Shown one piece after another: positions 1 through 10,721 of a DNA stretch of 64,000 nt (positions are counted from its first letter, which is position 1; each line of letters begins with the position of its first letter). The notes beneath the pieces are model-generated. The model saw only the letters and a program-made list of their open reading frames with translations, had not been told where the DNA came from and did no database searches. The position numbers and the translations under genes were made by a program. The stretch spans positions 10,370 to 74,369 of the forward strand of contig JBFWWT010000009.1 of assembly GCA_050246035.1 (NCBI GenBank), written 5' to 3'. The stretch is from Burkholderiales bacterium. GTDB lineage: Bacteria > Pseudomonadota > Gammaproteobacteria > Burkholderiales > SG8-39.

Positions 1-7
1 GCGGTGG

Positions 8-2187
<2,180 letters not shown>

Positions 2188-3948
2188 CTATCTCGATGCG
2201 CGGGCGGCGGCCGGCACCCGGGCGGGGGCGTTCTCCGCCACCACCTTGCCCTGCTCCAGCTGGTAAAGCCGGTCGCAGTGCGCGACCGTGGACAGCCGGT
2301 GCGCCACGATGAGCACGGTCTTCGCGCCATGGAGCGCGGTCACGGCTTCCATCACGCCGCTCTCGGTGGCGGTATCCAGGGCGCTCGTCGCCTCGTCGAG
2401 GACGAGCACCGCGGGGTCGTGGTAGAGAGCGCGCGCGATGCCGATGCGCTGGCGCTGCCCGCCCGAGAGTCGCACGCCGCGCTCGCCGACGAGCGTGTCG
2501 AGCCCCTGAGGGAGCCCCGCAACGAACTCCTCGAGCTGGGCTGCGCGGATCGCACGCTCGACCGCCGCCTCGTCGATCGCATCATCCGGCAAACCGAAGG
2601 CGACGTTGCGCCGGAGCGTGTCGTCGGTGAGGTAGATCGACTGCGGCACGTAGCCGATCTGGTCCTGCCAGGCGCGCAGGTCGCGCTGGATGTCCGCGCC
2701 GTCGACGAGAATCTGTCCCTTCTGCGGCGTGAGCAGTCCCAGCGCGACGTCGACCAGCGTGCTCTTGCCCGAGCCGCTCGGGCCGACAAAGCCTACGGAC
2801 TCGCCCTTGCGCACCGCGAGGGAAACGCCGTCGAGCGCGTGGGCCGCTCCTGTCGGGTAGGTATAGCCCACTCCTTCCAGCCGAATGTCCGTTCTGAAGC
2901 CGGTGGGCTGGCCGCTACGCGCTGGCGGCTCGGGCGGCGCCAGCTTGACCTCCTCGTGCAGGACGTTCACGACCGGCATGCAGTAGCGCAACGCCTGGAG
3001 CGCATTGAGCATCCGGTTTACGGAAGGCATCAGCCGGAAGGCCGCCGCGGCGAACAGTCCGAGCGTGGGCATGACGGTGGCCATTTCGCGGCCCTGCGCC
3101 AGCATCGCGATGACGAGCATTGCGAGCCCCGCCACCGCGAGCAGCTCGAGCCACAGGCGTGGCAGCATCTGCGACATCGCCTGGTACTGATTGACCTGCG
3201 CGCTTCGCCGGTTGTGCGCCTGGAAGGCGTCGAGGAAGGTTGCCTCCCGGCCCAGGAGCTTCACGTCCTTCGCGCCCGCCAGCCCCTGCCGCAGATGCTG
3301 CATGCGCAACCCGTCGTGCAGCTGGCGCGACTCGCCCCAGCGCACGAGGCGCGTGCGCATGAGGCGGTGAAATGCCCACGCCGAGCTGCCCAGCACCACG
3401 ACGGCGACGAGCGTGCCGACGGGCTCGACGACCAGGAGCAGAGCCGCGATCCCGAGCAGCGCGAGCGCCTCGGTGGCGATGTTCAGCGCGGCGACGATCG
3501 CATGGGCGAACAGGCTCACCTCGGTCGTCACGTTGCGAATGAGCTCCGCGGAGTTGCGCTGCAGGTGGAACGTATAGGGCTGGCGCAGGTAGACCGTGAA
3601 CAGCCGCTGCGAGAGGCGGGCCTGCACGTCGAAGGCAAAGCGTGTCTGATGCCAGGCCAGATAGGCCTGGAAGACGTTCTTGAAGAAGTACACGGCCACC
3701 AGCCCCAGCATTACCTTGACGATGAGCTCGGCCTGGCCCGGATTGCCGAGAAGATCGAGCAGGGGCCTGAAGCGCGGGTAGGTCGCTGCGAGATCCTGCT
3801 GCATGAGGAGCGCGATCGCCGGGATGACGAGAAACGTCGCGAGCGTCTCGAGCGCCATGCCGATCACCATGAGTCCGACCAGGACGACCGCACCGCGGCG
3901 CTCGGCGGCGCTGAGGAGCCCGCGGATCCGGGAGAGCGTGTCGCTCAT
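2188..3948 (-). CDS. ABC exporter, fused permease/ATPase half-transporter (MsbA-like)
   Basis: ATG at 3948 (MSDTLSRIRG...). N-terminal multi-TM domain. Walker A GPSGSGKST, signature LSGGQRQR, Walker B LVLDEATSALD. The upstream part of the 712-aa ORF overlaps the MarR gene out of frame and is discarded. Confidence 0.85.
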   Translation of the reverse strand: MSDTLSRIRGLLSAAERRGAVVLVGLMVIGMALETLATFLVIPAIALLMQQDLAATYPRFRPLLDLLGNPGQAELIVKVMLGLVAVYFFKNVFQAYLAWHQTRFAFDVQARLSQRLFTVYLRQPYTFHLQRNSAELIRNVTTEVSLFAHAIVAALNIATEALALLGIAALLLVVEPVGTLVAVVVLGSSAWAFHRLMRTRLVRWGESRQLHDGLRMQHLRQGLAGAKDVKLLGREATFLDAFQAHNRRSAQVNQYQAMSQMLPRLWLELLAVAGLAMLVIAMLAQGREMATVMPTLGLFAAAAFRLMPSVNRMLNALQALRYCMPVVNVLHEEVKLAPPEPPARSGQPTGFRTDIRLEGVGYTYPTGAAHALDGVSLAVRKGESVGFVGPSGSGKSTLVDVALGLLTPQKGQILVDGADIQRDLRAWQDQIGYVPQSIYLTDDTLRRNVAFGLPDDAIDEAAVERAIRAAQLEEFVAGLPQGLDTLVGERGVRLSGGQRQRIGIARALYHDPAVLVLDEATSALDTATESGVMEAVTALHGAKTVLIVAHRLSTVAHCDRLYQLEQGKVVAENAPARVPAAARASR

Positions 3949-4313
3949 CGCGGCGTCGGCTCCCCGCGCGTGTCGGCCGGGCGGGAGGCGCCCAGCGCCG
4001 CCGCCTCGCGCTGCAGCTCTTCCAGCTCGCGCTTGAGGATCTCGTACTCGTCCATCTTCACGCGCAGGAAGCGCGCGGTCACGCGCGCCTTCTCGTCGAT
4101 ACCGCGCGGCGTGAGCAGATAGAGGTAGGCGCGCTTGTTGGTGCTGTTGCGGAAGTTGTTCGCCTTGACCAGGCCTTTCTTGATCAGCGCCTGCAGGCAG
4201 TAGTTGACGCGCCCCAGGCTGATGCCGAGCTGGTCCGCGATGCGGCGCTGGCTCGCCTGCGGGTCGGCCTCGAGGATCTTGAGGATGCGGTAGCGGGTCT
4301 CGTCGTCCAGCAT
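3945..4313 (-). CDS. MarR-family winged-helix regulator of the EPS-associated type
   Basis: MLDDETRYRILKILEADPQASQRRIADQLGISLGRVNYCLQALIKKGLVK... The ATG at 4313 is preferred over the GTG at 4331. The stop overlaps the ABC start by 4 nt. Confidence 0.75.
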   Translation of the reverse strand: MLDDETRYRILKILEADPQASQRRIADQLGISLGRVNYCLQALIKKGLVKANNFRNSTNKRAYLYLLTPRGIDEKARVTARFLRVKMDEYEILKRELEELQREAAALGASRPADTRGEPTPR

Positions 4314-4334
4314 CGCCCGCAAGCATCTCACAAA

Positions 4335-4351
4335 TGTTCAGTTCATGAACA
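4335..4351. promoter_or_regulatory. Candidate operator palindrome TGTTCA-N5-TGAACA
   Basis: Read directly in the AT-rich gap upstream of the MarR gene. A -10-like hexamer TAAGAT (minus strand, 4357-4362) lies 5 nt upstream of it. Confidence 0.35.
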
Positions 4352-4400
4352 AGGCTATCTTAACTATTTGATTCTACGTACATCCTGAAGCCCCTGCCGC

Positions 4401-4415
4401 GTTCAAATCGTGAAC
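4401..4415. promoter_or_regulatory. Second copy of the GTTCA-N5-TGAAC palindrome
   Basis: Same half-sites and spacing as 4335-4351, 66 bp away in the same gap. Confidence 0.3.
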
Positions 4416-4423
4416 ACGGAGGT

Positions 4424-5524
4424 CTAGCGCGTCTGCAGCAGCCTCGCGTAGGCTTCCTGCGTGGCCCGCGCGCAGGCCTCCCAGGTGAACATCGCCGCAC
4501 GCCGCCGACCCCGCTCGCACAGGTCGGCCGCCACGCCCGGAGAGTCCAGCACCGCCTCCATCGCCGCGCGCAGCGCCTGCGCATCGCCCGCCGTGAACAT
4601 CCGCGCCGCCTCTCCCGCCACCTCGGGCAGGGACGCCGCGTCGCTGCACACCACCGGGCAGCCGAGCGCCATCGCTTCGAGCGGCGGCATGCCGAAGCCC
4701 TCATAGCGCGACGGGTAGGCGAAGAGCGCGGCGTGCCGGTAGTGCGCGGCGAGCGCCGCGTCGTCTCCGAAGGCATGGCATACGCGCTCCCGCTGGACGC
4801 CGAGCGCATCCATGCGGCGCAGCTCGTCGCGCGAGAAGGGCGCGTCGCCGAAGCACACGAGCCGGTATTCCCGCTGCACCGGGCCCGCGTACGCCTCGAG
4901 CAGCGTGTCGAAGCCCTTGTAGCCGCCGCGCTTGCCGACGAAAAGCACGTAGGGCCCGGCGACGGGGCGCGGGGCGTCGCCGGCGGGAATGGAAACGCCG
5001 TGGCGCACGACCGACACGTGCGCCGGGTCGATGCCGGTGATCTCGAGCAGGTCGCGGCGCGTGCTCTCCGAGACGCAGATCACGTGGTCGGCGCGCGCGA
5101 GCGCGGCGCGCTTGGCCGCCGCGATGCGCTGCGTGCGCGGCGCGTAATCCGGGAACTTCTCGTGGATCATGTCGTGCACGGTGAGGACCGTCGGCATGCC
5201 CGGCGGCGCGGTGCGCGCGTGCGAGTAGTAGGTCTCGTGCACGAGGTCGGCGCCGTGGCGCGCGAGCCAGCGGCGCGCGGCGGCCTGGTTGGCGCGCGCG
5301 AGCGGCCGCCGCAGCGGCTCGGGGATATCCGGCATGCGCCGGCCGACCACGCCTTCGCCGGGCTGCAGGTAGCCGTTGATGTGCGCGAAGGCGAGCACCG
5401 ATACGCGCGTCTGCGGCAGCGCGCGCAGGCATCGCGCCAGCTCCGCGACGTAGCGCGACACGCCGCCGTAGGCCTGGAGCGAAAACGTCTGGGGATCGAA
5501 GGCGATGTGCAAGCGTCCTAGCAT
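4424..5524 (-). CDS. Glycosyltransferase family 4
   Basis: ATG at 5524 (MLGRLHIAFDPQTF...). C-terminal GT4 motif YPSRYEGFGMPPLEAMALGCPVV. Only the last 366 codons of the 604-aa ORF are used. Confidence 0.8.
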   Translation of the reverse strand: MLGRLHIAFDPQTFSLQAYGGVSRYVAELARCLRALPQTRVSVLAFAHINGYLQPGEGVVGRRMPDIPEPLRRPLARANQAAARRWLARHGADLVHETYYSHARTAPPGMPTVLTVHDMIHEKFPDYAPRTQRIAAAKRAALARADHVICVSESTRRDLLEITGIDPAHVSVVRHGVSIPAGDAPRPVAGPYVLFVGKRGGYKGFDTLLEAYAGPVQREYRLVCFGDAPFSRDELRRMDALGVQRERVCHAFGDDAALAAHYRHAALFAYPSRYEGFGMPPLEAMALGCPVVCSDAASLPEVAGEAARMFTAGDAQALRAAMEAVLDSPGVAADLCERGRRRAAMFTWEACARATQEAYARLLQTR

Positions 5525-5542
5525 GGCACAATCGCCCGAGCC

Positions 5543-6397
5543 ATGGACAGCGCGGCGCGCCCCGAAGTCACCGTCGTCATCGGCGTGCGCAACGGCGCGG
5601 CGACGCTGCAGCGCTGCCTCGACAGCATCGCCGCGCAGGACTACGGCGCGCGCGAGACGGTCGTCGTGGATGGCGCTTCCGACGACGGCACGGTCGAGCT
5701 CATCGAGCGCAACGCGCGCGAGGGGAAAATCGACGACTGGATCTCGGAGCCCGACGGCGGCGTCTACAGCGCCTGGAACAAGGCGATTCGCCGCAGCCGC
5801 GGGCGGTGGCTCTCGTTTCTCGGCTGCGACGATGCTTTCCACGACGCATCGTCGCTGCGCGCGCTCGTCGAGGCGGCCGAGGCGGGAGACGGCCGCGCGC
5901 GCGTGGTCTATGGCCGTATCCATCGCGTCGCGGCGGGCGGCACGCTCGTGGAGACCATCGGCGAGCCGTGGCAGGCCGCGAGAAGCGCGTTCTTTCGCGG
6001 CGCCAACATCCCGCACCCGGGCACGCTGCACCGGCGCGACCTCCTCGAGCAGCGGGGACTCTTCGACGAGTCCTACCGCATCGCCGCCGACTATCACCTG
6101 CTGCTCGGGGAGTTCCTCGAGCGCGACCCCGCCTTCGTCGATCGGGTGGTGCTCGACATGGGCTTCGGCGGCATGAGCTCGCGCCCGGGGAACATCCTCA
6201 CCTCGCTGCGCGAAGTGGCGCGCGCACGGCGCGCGCACGGGCTTCGCGGCACGCCGCTGTGGCTGCAGGGGCGCATCGCCGCGGCCACGTTCGGCGCGTT
6301 CGTCTACCGGCTGCTGGGCGATGCGGCCTACCGGCGCCTGGCGGACCGCTACCGGGCGCTGCGCGGGCGACCGCCCATCTGGACCGTCCAGCCTTGA
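5543..6397 (+). CDS. Glycosyltransferase family 2
   Basis: VTVVIGVRNGAATLQRCLDSIAAQ ... VVDGASDDGT ... GCDD. This is a GT-A fold with a DxD-like motif. Confidence 0.8.
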   Translation: MDSAARPEVTVVIGVRNGAATLQRCLDSIAAQDYGARETVVVDGASDDGTVELIERNAREGKIDDWISEPDGGVYSAWNKAIRRSRGRWLSFLGCDDAFHDASSLRALVEAAEAGDGRARVVYGRIHRVAAGGTLVETIGEPWQAARSAFFRGANIPHPGTLHRRDLLEQRGLFDESYRIAADYHLLLGEFLERDPAFVDRVVLDMGFGGMSSRPGNILTSLREVARARRAHGLRGTPLWLQGRIAAATFGAFVYRLLGDAAYRRLADRYRALRGRPPIWTVQP

Positions 6398-7521
6398 TCC
6401 GCGTTCTCACCTTCGGCCGCTACGCCGACGACAATTTCGGCGGGCTGGAGCGCTACGTGATCGAGCTCGCGCACGCGCTCGAGGGCGAGGCGTCCTTCGT
6501 CAACATCGTCGCGCACCGCGGCGCGCCGCCCGACATCCCGATGGCGGGGGAGACGGTGTACGCGCGCGCGGCTGCGAGCATCGGCGATACGCCGGTCTGC
6601 CCCTCGATGCCCTGGCATGCGCTGCGCCGCCACCGCGCCGCGCCCTTCGACATCGCGCACCTGCAGTTTCCCGCCGACCCGATGGCGCACCTCGCCTACG
6701 AGCTGCTGCCGCGCCCGGTGAAGCGGGTCATCACCTGGCACAGCGACATCGTGCGCCAGCAGGGGCTGCTCAGGCTCTACCGGCCGCTGCTCAACCGCAC
6801 CCTGCGGCGCGCCGACGCGATCATCGCGCCCACGCCGGCACACATCAGCGCCTCGCGCCAGCTCGATCCGGTGCGCGAGACGGCGCGCTTTCGCATCGTG
6901 CCTTTCGGCTTCGAGCTCGCGCGCTTTCGCGATCGGCCGGCGCTCGCCGAGGACATCCGGCGGCGCTACGGCGGCGAGTTTCTTCTCTTCGCGCTCGGCC
7001 GGCACGTGTACTACAAGGGCTTCGAGTTCCTCATCCGGGCGCTCGCCTCGGTGCCGCAGGCGCGGCTCGCGCTGGGCGGGCAGGGGCCGCTTACCGGAGA
7101 CCTGCAGCGCGTCGCGCGCGACGCGGGCGTTGCCGAGCGCGTGGACTTCGTGGGCCGCATCCCCGATGCGGAGCTCCCCGCCTGGTATCACGCCTGCGAC
7201 GTCTTCTGCCTGCCTTCGGTAGAGCCCGCGGAGGCCTTCGGCATCGTGCAGGTGGAGGCGATGGCCTGCGGCAGGCCAGTGCTTTGCTGCCAGCTGGGCA
7301 ACGGGGTGAACTGGGTGAACCGGGACGGCGAGACGGGGATCGCGGTGCCGCCGGCGGACGTCGGAGCGCTTGCTGCGGCCCTGGAGCGACTGCGCGCCGA
7401 CCCGGAGCTCGGGCGGCGCCTCGGTGAGGCTGGGCGGAAGCGCGCCTACGCGCTCTTCAGCGCCGAGGCCATGGCGAAGGGGACGCTGGAGGTTTACCGC
7501 GAAGTGCTGTCGCGGTTGTAG
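6394..7521 (+). CDS. Glycosyltransferase family 4
   Basis: TTG at 6394 overlaps the preceding TGA (LIRVLTFGRYADDNFGGLERYV...). Motif LPSVEPAEAFGIVQVEAMACGRPV. Confidence 0.8.
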   Translation: MIRVLTFGRYADDNFGGLERYVIELAHALEGEASFVNIVAHRGAPPDIPMAGETVYARAAASIGDTPVCPSMPWHALRRHRAAPFDIAHLQFPADPMAHLAYELLPRPVKRVITWHSDIVRQQGLLRLYRPLLNRTLRRADAIIAPTPAHISASRQLDPVRETARFRIVPFGFELARFRDRPALAEDIRRRYGGEFLLFALGRHVYYKGFEFLIRALASVPQARLALGGQGPLTGDLQRVARDAGVAERVDFVGRIPDAELPAWYHACDVFCLPSVEPAEAFGIVQVEAMACGRPVLCCQLGNGVNWVNRDGETGIAVPPADVGALAAALERLRADPELGRRLGEAGRKRAYALFSAEAMAKGTLEVYREVLSRL

Positions 7522-8924
7522 CTGTCCTCCAGCCGCACGATGTCGTCCTCGCCGAGGTAGTCGCCCGACTGCACCTCGACGATGAGGAGCGGCTCCGCGC
7601 CGGGATTCTCCAGGCGGTGCTTGGTGCCGAGCGGGATGTAGGTGGACTGGTTGCGCTCGAGGTCGAACACGTCCTCGCCGCGCGTGACGCGCGCCGTGCC
7701 CGAGACCACCACCCAGTGCTCGGCGCGCTTGTGGTGCAGCTGCAGCGAGAGCTTGTGCCCCGGCTTGACCATCAGCCGCTTCACCTGGAAGCCCGGGCCT
7801 TCGTCCACGCTTTCGTAGTAGCCCCAGGGCCGGTGCACGCGCGAATGCGAGATGTGCTCGCTGCGCTTCGCCCGGTCGAGCCCTTCCACGACTTCCTTCA
7901 CGTCCTGCGCGCGGTCTCTTGCCGCGACGAGGATCGCGTCGTCGGTCTCGACGACGACGAGGTCGCGCGCGCCGAGCACCTGCACGTGGCGGCGCTCGGC
8001 GTGCACGTAGCAGCCGGCGGCGTCGCGCAGCTCGACGTCGCCGCGCGCGACGTTCTCCGCCCCGTCCTTCTCGCCCACCTCCCAGAGCGCCGACCAGGAG
8101 CCGACGTCGCTCCAGCGCATGTCGGCGCGCACCATCGCGCCCGCGCCGGTGCGCTCCATCACGGCGTAGTCCACCGAGTCGGCGGGCGAGGCGGCGAACG
8201 CCTGCGCATCGAGCCGCTGGAATCCCAGGTCCGGGACGGCCTTGTCCATGGCGGCGCGCACGGCGGCGAGGATTTCCGGGCGCGCGCGCCCGAGCTCCTC
8301 GAGATAGCGCGCGGCGCGGAACACGAACATGCCGCTGTTCCAGTAGAAGCCGCCCTGCGCGAGAAAGCCCCGCGCTTTCTCGAGGCTCGGCTTCTCGACG
8401 AAGCGGCGCACGCGAAAGACCTCGCCCGCGATCGGCTCGCCGGCCTCGATGTAGCCGTAGCCCGTGGCGGGCTCGGTGGGGCGGATGCCGAAGGTGACGA
8501 GCAAGCCCTCGCGCGCCGCGGCCGCGGCTTGAGTGACTGCGGCGTGGAACGCGGCGACGTCGCCGATCACGTGGTCCGAGGGTTGCACGAGGAGCACCGC
8601 GTCGGGATCGCCGCGCATCGCGGCGAGCGCGGCGGCGGCGACCGCGGGCGCGGTATTGCGGCCCGCGGGCTCGAGGAGCAGCGCCGACGGCCGCACCCCG
8701 ATCTCGGCGAGCTGGTCGGCGGCGAGAAAGCGCTGCTCCGTGTTGGTGACCACGATCGGCGCGCCGGCGCCCGCCAGTCCGCGCGTGCGCAGCACCGTTT
8801 CCTGGAAGAGCGTGCGGCTGCCCGCGAGCGGCAGGAACTGCTTGGGCAGCAGCCGGCGCGACATCGGCCACAGGCGGCTGCCCGAGCCGCCGCAGAGGAT
8901 CACCGGGACGAGGGAAGAAGGCAA
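7494..8924 (-). CDS. manC: Mannose-1-phosphate guanylyltransferase / mannose-6-phosphate isomerase
   Basis: 476 aa. VILCGGSGSRLWPMSR nucleotidyl-transferase motif and a C-terminal cupin (GTKHRLENPG). Confidence 0.9.
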   Translation of the reverse strand: MPSSLVPVILCGGSGSRLWPMSRRLLPKQFLPLAGSRTLFQETVLRTRGLAGAGAPIVVTNTEQRFLAADQLAEIGVRPSALLLEPAGRNTAPAVAAAALAAMRGDPDAVLLVQPSDHVIGDVAAFHAAVTQAAAAAREGLLVTFGIRPTEPATGYGYIEAGEPIAGEVFRVRRFVEKPSLEKARGFLAQGGFYWNSGMFVFRAARYLEELGRARPEILAAVRAAMDKAVPDLGFQRLDAQAFAASPADSVDYAVMERTGAGAMVRADMRWSDVGSWSALWEVGEKDGAENVARGDVELRDAAGCYVHAERRHVQVLGARDLVVVETDDAILVAARDRAQDVKEVVEGLDRAKRSEHISHSRVHRPWGYYESVDEGPGFQVKRLMVKPGHKLSLQLHHKRAEHWVVVSGTARVTRGEDVFDLERNQSTYIPLGTKHRLENPGAEPLLIVEVQSGDYLGEDDIVRLEDSYNRDSTSR

Positions 8925-8977
8925 AGCAAGGTGCGCGCGAAGGTGGGCCGCTATTCTAAGGGCGATAATCGCCGGCC

Positions 8978-9751
8978 ATGCGCATCCACGTCACCGGCGC
9001 CGGCGGCTTCATCGGCGGCCATCTGTGTCCCGCGCTCGCCGCGGCGGGCCACGAGCTGCACGCGACGCTCGAGGGCGCCGACGCGGTCGTGCACCTCGCG
9101 AACATCGCGCACACCGCGGCGAGCCCGGCAGACCTGCACCGGGTCAACGTGCAGGGCACGCTCGCCACCGCGCAGGCCGCGGTGGCCGCGGGCGCGCGGC
9201 GCTTCGTCTATCTGAGCTCGCTCAAGGCCGCCGCGCCCGCCGACGCCTACGGCCGCGCGAAAGCGATCGCCGAGCAGGGCCTGCTGGGGCTAGAGGGCCT
9301 CGAGCCCGTGATCCTGCGCCCGCCGCTCGTCTACGGGCCGCGCGTGAAGGCGAACTTTCTTTCGCTCCTGCGCGCGATCGATCGCGGCTGGTGGCTGCCG
9401 CTGGCGAGCGTCGCGAACCGCCGCAGCTTCCTCTACGTCGAGAACCTCGCCGACGCGGTGCTGCGCTGCCTCGAGGCGCCCGTCGCCGCGAAGCCCTACG
9501 CGCTCGCCGACGGCGCACCGATCTCCACGCCCGAGCTATGCCGCGCGATCGCCCGCGCGCTCGGGCGGCCGGCGCGGCTCCTGCCGTTTCCGCCGCCGCT
9601 GCTGCGGCTCGTGCCGCGTACGGCGCGGCTCGTCGAGTCGCAAGTGGCCGACGACCGGGAGTTGCGCGAGGCGCTCGGCTGGACGCCGCCCTTCGACATG
9701 GCCGAGGGCCTGCGGCGCACCGTCGAGTGGTACCGCGCGCAGGGCGGCTAG
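8978..9751 (+). CDS. Short NAD-dependent epimerase/dehydratase (extended SDR)
   Basis: VTGAGGFIGGHL glycine motif and YGRAK catalytic YxxxK. Only 257 aa. Confidence 0.7.
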   Translation: MRIHVTGAGGFIGGHLCPALAAAGHELHATLEGADAVVHLANIAHTAASPADLHRVNVQGTLATAQAAVAAGARRFVYLSSLKAAAPADAYGRAKAIAEQGLLGLEGLEPVILRPPLVYGPRVKANFLSLLRAIDRGWWLPLASVANRRSFLYVENLADAVLRCLEAPVAAKPYALADGAPISTPELCRAIARALGRPARLLPFPPPLLRLVPRTARLVESQVADDRELREALGWTPPFDMAEGLRRTVEWYRAQGG

Positions 9752-9752
9752 A

Positions 9753-10721
9753 ATGCCCGCCATGCCCGCGCTGGCGCCGCTCGCCGCGTTCGTCGTCGCG
9801 CTCGCAACGGCGCGGCTCCTCGTTACGCCGGCGGGCCGGCGCGTCGCGCTCGACAGGCCGAACGAGCGCTCACTGCACGAGCGGCCCGTGCCGCGCACCG
9901 GGGGGCTCGCCATCGCCGCGGGCGTCGCCGTGGCCTGCGCGCTCGCGCCGCCGGGCTTCGCCGCGCTCCTTGCCATCGCGGGCGGTCTACTGCTCGCGTC
10001 CTTCGTGGACGACGTAAACGGCCTGCCGGCTGCGCTGCGTCTCGCGATGCACCTCGCCGCCGCCGCCGTGTTCGTCGCGCTCGCGCTGCCCGGGACGGGC
10101 CTCGTCGCCTTTCCGGTCCTCGTGCTCGCGCTCGCCTGGAGCGCGAACCTGTACAACTTCATGGACGGCGCCGACGGCCTCGCCGGCGGCATGGCGCTCA
10201 TCGGCTTCGGGGCGTACGCGATCGCGGCGGCCACGGCGGGGCTTGCGCCGCTCGCGCTGCTCGCGGCGGCGATCGCGGCGAGCGCCGCGGGGTTTCTCGC
10301 CTTCAACTGGCATCCGGCGCGGCTCTTCATGGGTGACGCGGGCTCGGTGCCGCTCGGCTTCCTTGCGGGCGCGCTGGGGCTGCAGGGCTGGCATGCGGGG
10401 GCCTGGCCGCTCTGGTTTCCGCTGCTCGTCTTCGCGCCGTTTGCGCTCGATGCGACGCTCACGCTCGCGCGGCGCCTCGCGCGCGGCGAGCGCGTCTGGC
10501 AGGCGCACCGCGAGCACTACTACCAGCGGCTGGTGCGCCTGGGCTTCGGCCACCGCGGCGCGGCGCTCGCCGAGTACGCCCTGATGGCCCTGTGCGCGGG
10601 GCTCGCGCTCGCGGTCTTTCGCGCGCCCGCCGCGGCGCAGGGCATCGCGCTCGCGCTCGCCGGCGTAACGCTCGTGGGCGCGGCGCTCTGGGTGGACCGG
10701 CGCTGGGAGAAGGCGAGATGA
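9753..10721 (+). CDS. Polyprenyl-phosphate HexNAc-1-phosphate transferase (MraY/WecA family)
   Basis: Multi-TM protein with NLYNFMDGADGLAGG and FMGDAGS motifs. Confidence 0.8.
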   Translation: MPAMPALAPLAAFVVALATARLLVTPAGRRVALDRPNERSLHERPVPRTGGLAIAAGVAVACALAPPGFAALLAIAGGLLLASFVDDVNGLPAALRLAMHLAAAAVFVALALPGTGLVAFPVLVLALAWSANLYNFMDGADGLAGGMALIGFGAYAIAAATAGLAPLALLAAAIAASAAGFLAFNWHPARLFMGDAGSVPLGFLAGALGLQGWHAGAWPLWFPLLVFAPFALDATLTLARRLARGERVWQAHREHYYQRLVRLGFGHRGAALAEYALMALCAGLALAVFRAPAAAQGIALALAGVTLVGAALWVDRRWEKAR

